64,000 nucleotides of DNA from Lama guanicoe (lineage: Eukaryota). The position numbers and the translations under genes are program-made. The notes beneath the pieces are model-generated. The model was not told the origin of the DNA. It was given only the letters and a program-made list of their open reading frames with translations, and made no database searches. The stretch is from NCBI GenBank assembly GCA_013239625.1, contig MU054132.1, positions 1,180,001 to 1,244,000 on the forward strand, written 5' to 3'. The first letter of the stretch is position 1, and each line of letters begins with the position of its first letter. This document shows positions 26,901-39,254 of this stretch, piece after piece.

Positions 26901-29900
26901 GAGTGAACAGCATGTTCAGGGTCACAGAGCTGTGAATAGGCAAATCGCTGAGGATGGCTGAGAAGTGTGGCTGCAGGAAGCAGGCCGGAAAGGCCGGCAG
27001 GGCAAACCAGAACATGAGAACTTGCTGTGACCTTCAGACAGAAACCAAAGTGCTGGGAGGTTGAGCCATTTTGCATTTGACAGGAAAGTGAATGATTGTG
27101 CTGAGAAATAAGGCTGTGTAGGAGTGCCAACTCTGTGCCCAGTGGCTTTACAAGCATTTTTTCCCACATTGTGCAACGTGCACGTCTTACGGTGGGGACA
27201 TGACACAGAGCTATGGTTTTCTACGGTATGAGCCCCCAGAGAGGAGGGAGCAGGACAGAAGGGACCCCAGCAGAGCCATACCCACTCCTTGAGGGTGAGG
27301 ACCCCCTTCCGTGGAAGGAAGCAAGGTGGAGCTTATCAAAGTTTGCTCTTCTGGTCTTAAGATCTGAAACCTGGGTCACCATAGCACCACCCAAGGTCAC
27401 CACACCTAACATATTGAATGAGCCGCGTGTCAGGGAGCCCCCAGACCCAGGCTTCTCAGTGGCAGGGCCCACGTGCCTGATGTACGGCAGATGCTCAGTA
27501 AGAGCTGTTGGATGGAGCTTTCTGTGAATGATTCTTTTGGTTGTCTCCTGGCTGTGGCCGACACCTCAGGAAGTAACTCCCAGTCTCCTCGGTTCACCAA
27601 AATCATGTGGAAGAGGAAGGGGCTCTGTCCACTTCCAGGGTGCTGCCCAGGGCAACAGTACTTCCCCAGCCCCCCAGGCAGCAGAGTCAGGGTGCAGGAA
27701 AGACCTCCGGAGTGAGAGGCCTGGGTGCCCCCACTAGGGAGGGTGAGAAAAGCACAGGGGGCAGTGGGAGGTGGGCTCCAGAGTGAGGACAGTGGGGCTG
27801 GTGGAGGCCACCTGGAACGATGTCAGTGCCCCATTTCTCAAGGCCCTGTTTCCCCATCTTCTCATACCTGCCTGAGCAGCCTTCCCCAAGGTGGTGGGTG
27901 TCGGGAGAGGGTGGAGGGACGGAAGGAACCAGCTCTGCCTGAGCCAGGATGGATTGGGTCCTCTGCTGGGCGGTCCCCATGCCTCCTCGCTTCGTGTCAG
28001 CCTCAGCTGTCCTTGGTGCTGACTCACAGCCCCTCCAGGCCTGTTTACCCAACTACAAAGTGGGTTCAATCATGGGGTTTTCTGAGGACTCAGCGTGAGG
28101 TGATTTTTTGCTGCTCTCGTGATTTTGTCTGTTGTTTCTGAGTTACATGGAGGATAAGAGATGACCCAGATACTGAGCCTGCTGTCCCCTGTCTGATGGA
28201 CTCAAACAGTCAGACCTGGCATTTTGGAGCACTTTCTGGAACTGTTCTAAGTCCTACGTATTGTCATTTAATTGTCAAAGCACCCTGCAATTATCCGCAT
28301 TTTGCAGGTGAGGAATGTGAGGTTTCCATCCACCCATTTCCTCACCTGACTCACTGGGTGCCCAGTGGCCTGGGCTTTGGGTCAGCCCACACTTGTCAGC
28401 ACACCTGGCCTCCGGAGCCAGCCAGATGTCTGGGCAGGCCTTGGAGCTCCCAGACCTGTCACCGCGCCCTGTTTCGGCCCCACTGGGCCTCCTTCCCTAC
28501 CCAGCTGGGTAGCTTGGCAGCTGCCAAGTCTTGTCGTTTCTCCTCCTGCCGCCCAGTTGTTTGGGTGCCGGCAAATGCCAGGTAGATGAGGAGCCATAGC
28601 TTCCACCGGCCCAGCTGCCCTTGCCCTCAAGGTGCAGGGTAGGCGTGAGGGCAGGGAGCAGGGGAGAGACAGGGTGTCTCCCAGACTCAGAATTGCTGAG
28701 ACTGGACTATGGCTGAATCACAGCATTAACTCATCCAGAACTGGGACTCAGGACAACAAAACACCTGTGTGCGTCTGGCTGGATAAAGGGAGATCCGGCA
28801 TCCTTGGACCAGGAGTAGACAGGAGGTGTCCTCCACCCAGGTGCAGGAACAATTTACCTCCATCTTCAAACTTAAACCATGCGGTCCCAACTTCTCCCCT
28901 GTTCCGAACCATTTGTTCAAGACCCACCACAAGCCCAGGGAAGAGGGGGAAAGCGGGGCTGCCTAGCATAAATTAACAAATTAAGTCTCCCAGGAATTGA
29001 GCAATGTGGCAGTCCCCCCGAGGTGGCTTCTGGGCTCAAGAATATGAAGCCCAAATCCAGAACTGAAGGTCTTAGAAAGGTGGCTAGAATGTGGGAGGAG
29101 AAAGTCAGGAAAGAATCTTGGAATCTTAAGAGCAAATGTCTTCTCTCACCTCTGCTGTTTGGTGACCGAGTAACCAGAAGTGACTCATCTGCCTCAAGGA
29201 GCACGAGTGAACGTTCTCATCCCTGAAACGGGGGTAACCCCACCGCATGAGAATCCAGCGAGAATGGCCACAGAGAAGAGAAACCTGTGTCCCCAGAGTC
29301 AGTTCTCCGGAACCCATCTCCATGGAAAAAAAGGCTCTGTAGTCAAAGAGGTTTGGAAAATGCTCCTGAAATGTGTGCCGGCAGGTCAAGGATTTGGAGA
29401 AGCCCTGCAAAAAGGGAAGCAGGTGGAAATTGTTTAACACAGGGTTTCCCAAAATTGGCACAGGAAAGAAGCTTTCTGTGGGGGTGGTGCTCTGAGGGGG
29501 CCAGGGTGTTTGGAAAACGGCAAATAGTCCACTTTTGTGGGCGAGAGGATTCCACTAAGGGGAAGGGTGATGGCAGCCTGCAAACCGAGTGGGCCTTCAA
29601 CACATACCTCCCCTGTGGCTGGAAGCGGACGTGGACGTGGCTGGATCGAAGGGCAATAGGACCACACTGATTAAAATGTAGTTGGATTAATTAAAGATGC
29701 AATTTCACTTCTAGGAACTTACCCTTCATAAGTACTTGCACTTAATATGTGCACAAGAATGTTCACTGAAGCATTACTTATTAATATAAAAAGAAAAAAA
29801 AAAAGAAAGAAACGACCGAGACGTCCAGCCCTAGGGGAGCAATGAAGTAACGACTGTGCACGCAGCCTGGGCCGCTGAGACCAGTACAGCACGTCGGGGC

Positions 29901-30154
29901 GCTCTGACCTGCAAGACTCGGGGCATGTGTGCTTCAGCACAAATGCACGTTCTCACTGACATGAAACATAGCCTTTTCTTCCCTCTTTCGGTTATGTATA
30001 TACACATATACATACATAGTGTGTAATATGTATGTCTTGTTTTCTCTGTTTATGAATAACACTCAGTGAACATTCTTGTACATAGAGCCCATGTAAGTAT
30101 CCACATAGGATAAATTCCTAGAAGGGAAATTGCCAGCTTAAAACAAATACTTTA

Positions 30155-30380
30155 AGGTATATAAATATACCTTTATATTTATATATACCTTTATATTTAT
30201 ATATAGGTATATATTCATATATCTACATAATGTGTATATATTCACATATGTAATATTTATGTAAACACATACAGCTATGCAAACACGTATTTATACAAAG
30301 ATATATGTGTGTATATATATTTAAACAGAAATGACACATCCAAAATATTCATACTGTATATTATACATATTTATAAATAC
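30155..30380. repeat. TA-rich low-complexity tract
   Basis: (TA)n-derived sequence with a tandem atacctttatatttatat. Confidence 0.8.
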
Positions 30381-32532
30381 ATAGAAAAGTGTCCAGAAGG
30401 GGACATGACAAAGTTAACAGGGGCTATCTCTGCAAAGGGATGTGGGATTAGGAAGAAGGGTCGAAGGACAGTGAGCCTTGCAATATTTCCATGCTTTTAA
30501 AATTTTTTATGGTCAACATGAATGAATTTTGAAATTTTGAAAAAGATGTCTTTTAATTCAGAGGAAAAAACCACTAAACCCAAAACTAGGCTGAGGAGGA
30601 TGGTTTTTCTTTCATAGCCAGCTCGAAGCCTTTGCTTGTCAGCCACCCAAAGCCATGAGTGTTTGTTACAAATATAAGCACTGAATGACTGTTAGATTCC
30701 CAGATTCACTGTCTTTGGTTTCAAAATAAAATCACTTCTTTCCTTTTTGCTTGTTTGTATTTGAAAAATACTAAAGATCACAATAATGTATAACAGTACC
30801 ACTTAGAAAATGTCTTGAAAGAAAGATGTCAGCGCTACCTTCCTTAACCTGGCCAGTCCTCTCTCTGGAAATAACCCTAGTAATAACCTCCGACGAAGAG
30901 GGTGGTGCAGATTCTGGGGCAGATTTTGAAGGGAAGGGAAGCATGTGATGCTGTGGGGCACCCCCGAGTTAGTCTGTCTGTTATTCATTCATGGTCCCTG
31001 GTCTCCCGGAGCACAGGGGATAGAGGGGACATCTGAGCAGGGGAGGCCCATCTACCCTGTTCCCACACCGACATCTGTCTGTTTACCACTGTGCTTGTTT
31101 CCCATCCCCTAGGGCATTACTGACTTCCCCTCTGGGGATTTTTTTCCCCATGCTTTTGAAGTATATCCTTTAGAAGTTCATCCAGTTCAGTTCTCCTGGT
31201 GCGGAACTTGCTGTTTTTGTTTATCTGTGATTCTCTGTTTTACTCTCATTCTTTGCAAAGTGGTTTGCATGACACCATTCTAAATTGAGAGAGACTTTCT
31301 GCACTTCGTGGATAGCCTCCCAGAGTCTTAAGTCTCCCATTATTGCTGCTTAGCAGCTGCCCACGTCAAGTGCTCTGGCCTTCAATGCAGCGTGTGCTTA
31401 AGATCCTCTGTCATTGGTATTCTGTCTATATTATGTGCCCAGCTATGGACATCTTTTTATTTACTCTGCTTATGATTCATGGATTTTCATCAAGTTTGTG
31501 GATTCAAGTTTTCATCAGGCACTTTCTTTAAAAATTGCTTTTCCTCCATTTTCTCTATTCCTTCCTTCTGGGACTCAAATTTGATGGAGGGAGATCTTCT
31601 CATTACATTCTGTTTCTCTTTTTCCACCTCTTTCATATTCTCTTTTTAAGTAGAAGTATGGTAAGTATCTGTCACTGTTGCATTCTAAGTAATTTCTTAT
31701 TATATTTCTTCAGTGCATTTTGTCTTCAGTTGGGTCTAATCTATAGTTTAACCCATTAACTGAGTTTTGGATTTCAATAATTATATTATTCATTTTTACA
31801 GGAATAAATGAGTTTTCTGGAGAAAGGCATTCCCTGGAGGTGTCAGCAAAGGTGAGAATACATATGCAGGAATGGGAGAGGAGCCCTGGGAGAGAAGGAT
31901 GGGTGTGTTGCCCGAGCCCATTCTTTATTGATGAGACCTCTGAAGTCCAGAGAAGTTAAGTGTTTTGCTCAGAGTCAGACAGCTAGTTAGGGGCAGAGCC
32001 AGAAAATGGAACATAGGCCTTCTTCTTTCTTCTTTTTTTTTTTTAATCTTTTTAGGCCTTCTTATTTCTTGATTAGAGTCTAGCAAAACGTCCAGACCAT
32101 CAAAGGGGGAAGACATTAGACACTGAAAAGACTGAGATGGATTCCACCCCGTGTCGTCCAAAATAAACTCTGAATGAAGTATAAAGAAAGCCAACAAAAG
32201 ATCTGATATTTTTCCATGATGACTCCTTTGACATATTTGTTAAAAATATATACTGACAATCCACCCACATTCTCCTCTTTTTATTTCCCCTTTTGGTGCC
32301 CGTGCTTTGTGGTACATGAAGCACTTGCTTGGACTAAGCTATTGGGAACTGAAGCCTGAAGAAGGAACAGCCACAACTTTGCCAGCACTCAGGACAGGAA
32401 GGATGTCCTTAAATGTGGCAGGAAGCCAGGGCGCAGTGGGGGCCTCCTGCAGCCTCCCAACTCCTCTTAATTACTGATTTTTGGGAAGAGAGGCTGGAAG
32501 GCAGATGCCTGAGGAAGCTAATCCTGGGGGAC

Positions 32533-32551
32533 CGGCGCCACCTGGTGGCCT
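32533..32551 (-). promoter_or_regulatory. CTCF-consensus motif
   Basis: Minus strand GGCCACCAGGTGGCGCC, in a locally CpG-retaining patch. Confidence 0.65.
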
Positions 32552-33954
32552 ACCCTAGTTCTAGCAGCGGTTGCGCCTGCAAGCGCAGCAGAGCTAAAGA
32601 GAACAAAGGAACTGTGGGTGGAGGCGCCTTGCTGGGCTATTTGACTGCTCAAAGAAGAGCTGTCCGGCTCTGTCCATCCCTGGAAGGGGCTGCATCCCGG
32701 AAGGCCTGAGCTCCCTGAACTGCGAGTGTGCAGGCAGGGAGCCCTAGATTGGGCTTTATACGACTTCCAGGAAATCAGAAAGGCCAAAGACTTAAGATCT
32801 TAGAATCATTAAGGTAATCCCATTCCCACCCCTGCAGCCGTAGAGGCTGAGCTCGCCTGGCTCGCCCGCCCCTGCCGCTGTGCCTGCCTCCGACTCCGCC
32901 CCGTGTGGGCAGCCTTTGCTCACCAAGGTCTCAGTGACCTTCCAGCCACAGGCAGTTTACCTTATCTCTCTAGTCCTCCCTGGGGCACTTGGCCTGTGGC
33001 CCCACACCCTCTCCCTCCCCACCTCCCTGCCCTGGGAGCTGACCTCCTTCTGCCTCTGGCTCTGCTCCCATCTGGTCTGCCCCCACCGAGACCTCTCTTC
33101 TACACCAGTCCCTTCAGCTGCCACTTGCAAGCTTGGGACAAACTGGTGTCACCAGCCTGGATATTATTCTCCGAAGCAACCCCCTCACATTCATCCCCTG
33201 ACCACCTAGGCATCTGGACTGCCCACTCTCCAAACCCTCCCTGTCCACACAGCTCAGCACTGCTGTCCCCGCCTCTTTTTTTTTCCCAAATAATATAATT
33301 ACAGAAAAGTTGCAAGAATAGTACAAAGAACTCCCTTATACCCTTTACCAAGTCATTTATTTGTAACATTTGCCCCATTTGTTCTTTTCTATTCTTTGAC
33401 TCTATTACACACACAGTTTCTTTTATTAAACCAACTTAACTTTAACTTCAGTACGTTATTTCTTGAGCATAAAGATATCCTTATATAATTATCAAACTCA
33501 GGAAATTTAACACAGAGGCAATAGTTTAACCTAATCAGTAGTCCGTATTTCAATTCTGTCAGTTGTCCCCAAAATATCCCACATAGCACTTTTTGTCTTT
33601 TTGTTTGGCCCCAGAGCCCATCCAGGATGGTGTATTTCATTTTCTTGTCATGTCCCTCTTGAGTCTCCTTAATCTGAACAGTTCTTTAGCCTCCCTGTGG
33701 TGTATTGCACTGACATTTATGAAGAACACAGGCCAGTGATTTTATGAAGTTCCTCAACGCAAATACTTCCTTTCCTCCTGTATTTTTTGCTCCAAGTGCC
33801 ACTGGTCTACCCAGTTCCTCAGGTTCGGAGGCAGGACATTATCCTGGGTCCCTTCTCCACCCCCCGCCCCACCGCCTCCTTCCCTCTCCCCAGCCCTCAC
33901 CAGGTCCTCCTGCCCACTACTCCTCTCCTCTGCCATCATTCCTCACCAGCCAGC

Positions 33955-34100
33955 CTGCCTCCACCCTGTGGTCCAAGGACCTGCAGCACCAGGAACTTGT
34001 TAGTAGGGCAGAACTTCAGGCCCCACCCTTACTGAATCAGCACCTGCAATTTAACATGTTCTCCAAGCGTTTCTTCTGTAAATTTTGAGAAGCCCTGCTC
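33955..34100. mobile_element. MER5A-like MITE
   Basis: cagcaccaggaacttgttag...tactgaatcag...tttgagaagccctg. Confidence 0.65.
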
Positions 34101-35307
34101 TCAGAGACCCCTGAACCACACCACTCAGTTCCACATTCAAGGTTTTTGGAGTGTCCTTCTCTACCACCCCGACCCCGGAGCTTCATTCCTACCTCACGTA
34201 GTTCATGAAAGTGTGCTATTTCACCTTTGTACCGTTTATTCCTCCTTCCTGGAATACCCTCTCTTACTCAAGATTACGCTTAAAGGTCACGTCCTCTGTG
34301 GTCAGCTTCTTGCCACTCCTTTTGAGTGCATTTCCTCTGGACCTGTCTGTCTTTATCCTAGCTTGTTACACCAAAGTGCTACTACCAAGGGCTCCTGATC
34401 TTTCACTGTTTCTCCCGCTAGTTGGTGAGCTCCTTGAGGGAAAGCTGGCATCTTAGACGCCTCCTTATTCCCAGTGCCTGGCATATTTGAATGTTTGTTG
34501 AATGAACATGTTAAAAACAAAACAAAACAAAACAGCTCTTCTTCCACAGAGGCCCTTCTTCCAAGTAGACCTAAAGTGAGTACTGGGGCCATCCGAATAC
34601 TTGAGCCACAGAATGACAGGGGTGGCCACAGGGAAACATCTACTTCAAATGTCCTTGGTTATCCATGAGAAAAGGCCCCAGAGAGGAAGATGTGGCTTAC
34701 TTGCAGGTTTCTCCCTGGAGAAGGTGGCCCAGTGAGTCACTATTGACTCATGTTTGGACCTTCCTGAAGCCAAGTGCTGTGATGTGGTTAAGTGTGAGAA
34801 CCAGGGTGGCAGATAAATGTGCACAAAATGGAGACACTGATGTTAAAGTTTTAAAATATGAGAAGCAGTTCTGTATCTTCTTGCTTGGGAAACAGCATAG
34901 CTTCAGCCACGCTGTTTACTCTTAAGCTGGGTGGAGTATGAATGCTGAATTATCTTTTTATACATCCTTGCATACTTTAAAAATTCTTATCTGAACCAAG
35001 GGATCATGCCTTTCACACCGCTGTCCCAATTTTTAATGAGTTAAGTCTTCCCCAAAGTTCTCAGTTAACCAGCCCTCAACTTTGTGGGCGCCCATAAGGT
35101 TTTTATTTCTTTTTTTACAGTAAAAGTAAACTTTCTGCATGGCAGGTTTCCAGCAAGGAAGCTGGCAAGGTTCAGAGGGCAGGGTGCATTCTAGAAACAG
35201 AGTCCTACCCTGTAACTGGACTATAGTGTTGAACATAGTTGGGGTTTTATCTTAGCACATGGGCTAGAGTTCTAGTTTCACTTTATAGGCAACAAAGAAC
35301 TATTAAA

Positions 35308-35493
35308 AACAACAAAGACTTACCCTATAGCACAGGGAACTATAGTCATATCTTATAATAACCTGTAATGGAAAAGAATCTGAAAAAGAATATATACATG
35401 TATAACTGAATCACTTTGCTGAACACTTGAAACTAATACAACATTGTAAATCAACTATACTTCAATAAAAATACAGGAAATAAAGAACAAAAA
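35308..35493 (+). mobile_element. Short L1 3' end (artiodactyl-type)
   Basis: tatagcacagggaactat...aactatacttcaataaaa; TSD aacaaagaactattaaa / aacaaagaaccattaaa. Confidence 0.85.
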
Positions 35494-36989
35494 AACAAAG
35501 AACCATTAAATTCTCAAGGAAGAATGGTTTGACCAATAATTCATTTTAGCACAGTGATTGTGGCAATGATAGGCCAGATAGGAGACCAGCTTTTGGAGTA
35601 ACCCAAAAGTGTTACCTGCTCAAAATAAGTTTAACAAGCAAAGTGGGGTGAAGAAGAGAAACAAGACTGGCTCTGAGCAGATATTGAAGCTGTGTGATGG
35701 GCAGAAAAGGGGCTGCTTATTCATTTGTAAGTTTGAAGCTCCTCATAATTAAAAAACTTAGTGAACTTGTAGAAATCATACACTGACATGACAAATGAAA
35801 AAAAAAAATTAGAAGAATGGATCTTTGGTCTTGGCATCAAGTTTTTCATACATGAACCAGAAAAGTGCTGTGTCATCTCAAATAATTTGGATAAAAGATG
35901 GGTTCAAGGAAACCAGCACATGGTACAGAGATATTGATGAGTTTTAAAAAATTTCATTTTGAAAGATTGCAGAAAATTAATATTTTATGTGCTTTTAGAT
36001 GTGTACAGATGTTTGTATAGTAGATAGTTATTTCCAGCATGTGGTCTAATTAATCAAAACTATGGGATGGGTTAAGTGGAGCGCAGCCGTGTGATTTTAT
36101 ATGCAGTTGAAAATCATTTCTATGTACATACTCCCTGAACTCTGAAAAATATAGTGACAAAAGTTGAGTGGAGAGTAGGGTAGGGGTGCTTAGACATGCA
36201 GGGTCTCTTTTGATTAATAAACCCAGCGTAGGGAGATGAGGGAGAGCCAGTGCTTAAACACTTTGGTACGCAGCGGACGCGTTCTCCCCTCCGTCTTTGC
36301 GAACACATTAACAGTAACACTCACTGGAGGTCAGATCCACAGGGGACTGCTTTCTTCACACATGGCCTTATCATTTCTTTTAAAAGGCTGGAATAATGCC
36401 TCTACTAGAGGTGCAAATCAGAAAGGAACAATGTCTAAATGGGAACACGCGTGAAACATAAAGGAACACAAGTTACTTTCTATCCCGGCACCATTCTATT
36501 TTGTAAGGCTTTTGCTCCAGCTATTACCCCTTCTGGCAATAGCCCCCAGTATCACGTGTCTGAGAGAAACTGAGTTTCTCTGGTTGGGTGTGGGCCCGTG
36601 ACTCACCATCTGCCTGATTTCATTCTGCAGTATCCTCTCTGGCTCCTTCAGAAGACAACTGAAACTCCTATTTCCTTTAGGGTGGTCCCTCCTTTGGCCT
36701 GTAGCTTAATCCTATGAATTAATACATCTTGTAAGGGAATGTCAGTGGTTCAGGCAAGCTTTTGATATCCTTATTTCATCTTGCAAATCAGGCTGAATCT
36801 TAAGTTTGTTTTTAGACTCAGGGTAATAACTGGAGGTCATCTGGCCACCCCTGAAGCCAAACCACATGACAGCCCTTTGGCCTCTAGAGGAAATGTGGCT
36901 GCCTCAGCCACTGGTTTCAGTCAAGTGTGGTCTTAGAACTTTAAAAGAAACCCAATTCCCTTTAAATCCATCAAGAAGTAGGCAGAGAG

Positions 36990-38777
36990 CATGGGTTCAA
37001 GATTGTTTTTATTTTCAGAGCCTGCAACAGTTGGTTAGCAATGCTAAGCTGGTACAATCCGAAGGCCATCCCACCTCCCTTTTTAGCCATTCAACCAACA
37101 GAATCCCTACAAACAAGATTAGAGACCAACTGAGATGTCTCAATGTGTGGGGGGAGAGGCCTTCTCCCTCTCCTCCCTACATACTTTTTCTAACAAGATT
37201 GTTTTACAGCTAAATGCAACTCAAACCCATAACATATGAACCAGTCATCTCCAATATCACTGATTCCCTCCCCACCCCCAGAACTGGAAGCAGAGGCAAG
37301 AGGGGAGACTGACTCTTGTATAATAAAAACTTGGCTACACCCCAATGGAGCAAAGATGGTGAGGAAGCCAGCGCCTAAGAACGGGGACAAGCAGGAACCC
37401 TCAGCCCCAGCTCCGTGGGAAGTGCTCCTTTGAGACTCCCACTTCTGCGGGGTGAGATGGGGGGCAACTGGTGATGATCCGTCTCTCCCTGTCCCTTAAA
37501 TTAAAACATGATAAACTCAGAGTTCACCCTCAAAATCCACCACGCTGCCTCCTGAGAAACACATTCCAGTCATCTCTACTAGCACCCACTCCTTCTAATG
37601 CCCAGGACTGCCAGCCCCTCTCCCCACCCTTGGGTGGCCCAGCCAACACTGATTTGATACTCCTTAACTCATAAAATGACTGTTTTTAAAAATTCAAATA
37701 GAAGCTATCAAAGAGTATCAGAATAATAGAAGGAAGACACTCAATATATACTCCCTTCCCTCGTCCCGCAGAGCCCCCATCCCTGCCCCCCTCCGCTGGG
37801 AGACCTACACTACCACGTTCCAGCACCGACCTGGGGGTGGCCCAACGGAAGCTGCCTCAAGTGCTTTCCTGCTGTGACTCCTATACCAGCCACCATCATG
37901 GGGAGCTGGGGTGAGGAAGAGCGGGGTCACTACTCCCAGAGATCGCAGGGGCCTTCGAGGTAGGTCTGGGAGGGTTAGCTTATGTCCTGTAGCAAGGCCC
38001 GGGTCCAGTGCCTGCTCCCACCGGGATCTCAGACCTTGGCCGTAAACAGCAGCAGCCCCAGCACTGTAGTGCCTCCCGGGGGGTGACACAGCCCCTAGTC
38101 CTCTGTCCCACGGGGCATGTCCCTCTTCTTCCCCCTTTTTACCTTTTTCTTTTTTAAAAATTAAAGGCAGAGGTAGTCCCTGGGATGATAAAACCCTACC
38201 TAGAATGGCAGTATTGTGACTTAAAGAAACAGTTAAATAAAAGTCTCCAGGAGTTCACTAAAAAAAAGAAAGAGAGGAAGGAAGGAAAGAAGGAAGGAAG
38301 GAGAAAATAAAGTGATTGATGAAGTTGAATAAATTAATGATAATGGGCTACCCCACAAAGACCTCTCCTTCCCAGGGCGTCTTTGGTATCTGGCCAGCAG
38401 CACTTCCCTTTGTGTTACTTCTCTCCACTCCCACCCCTCCCCCTAGGAGAAGGCCAGTGCCCAGCGAGGCCCCAGGCGGTTCATCCAACTCTAGGGGATG
38501 TGGAGTCACAGCATCTAGACTTGGCGCTTGGGACTGTGCTGCGACATGTGACAGCTTTAGCAGACCACAAGGACGTCTTACAGGGACAGAAGAGCCAGCA
38601 AGATGCTTTGGGCTTCAACCATGGGAGTGTGGGAGGTAGGTTTAAGAAGGCGTGGAAGCCCCAGGCCTTCTCTTGGAAAGTCACACTGCTGGCCCCTTTC
38701 CTCAATGTCTCTGCAGCAGAGGGGAAGTGAGGGAGAGGGAGGGAGGCTCAGGCTGGCTGCTGTCTGCTCCAGCGCCC
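36990..38777 (-). other. CDC25A: CDC25A 3'UTR (~1.8 kb; 3' end approximate)
   Basis: Follows the stop codon; AATAAA on the minus strand at 37008-37013. Confidence 0.75.
37008..37013 (-). terminator. CDC25A: Probable CDC25A polyadenylation signal AATAAA
   Basis: tttatt on the plus strand; gives a UTR length similar to that recalled for other mammals. Confidence 0.65.
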
Positions 38778-38918
38778 TCAGAGCTTCTTCAGACGGCTGT
38801 ACATCTCCCTTTTGCTCTTTTCCCCGGCCCAGGTCCGGCTCTTGGTGCGGAACTTCTTCAGGTCTTCTTTAAAGTCCTCATGATGCATGGGCCGGTAGCT
38901 GGGGGGCTCGCAGTGAGA
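38778..38918 (-). CDS. CDC25A: CDC25A exon 15 coding part ([46 protein letters not shown])
   Basis: 141 nt including TGA; tgccag acceptor; total CDS 1575 nt = 524 aa; KSRTW with Thr at residue 507. Confidence 0.97.
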   Translation of the reverse strand, partial: SHCEPPSYRPMHHEDFKEDLKKFRTKSRTWAGEKSKREMYSRLKKL

Positions 38919-39142
38919 CTGGCAGACAAGACGGGACGTGGTCAGGCCACACCTGCCTCACACTCACAATCCTGCTCCCTCCCTGTCTAGGGCTCAAAGT
39001 TCTGGTCAGTGGGTTTTAGGGCCTTTCTATGTGCAGGGCAAATCCCCAGGCCCCTGGCAAGAAACAGCCATGACCACCAGACAGATCTAACTGTCCAACC
39101 TGCACAAGGAGTGCACCAAGCTCTCCAGAGAGCCCATCTTAC

Positions 39143-39254
39143 CTGGCATTTCAGGAAGAACTCCTTATACCCGCCCTTCAGGACGTACAGCTCAGGGTAG
39201 TGGAGTTTGGGGTACTCATTACCAAGCCGATCTCTCTCTCTCACATATCGGCAC
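39143..39254 (-). CDS. CDC25A: CDC25A exon 14 ([37 protein letters not shown])
   Basis: 112 nt; ttacag acceptor, GTAAGA donor; YPELY.LKGGY motif. Confidence 0.97.

Noticed and set aside
26543..27169. 208-aa ORF and neighbouring ORFs at 22-29 kb as a hidden gene
   Set aside because: No domain motifs and no consistent exon chain found; interspersed with L2/MIR relics
36399..36415. Third CTCF-like motif TCTACTAGAGGTGCA
   Set aside because: Mismatches at core positions make it too weak to call without a PWM score
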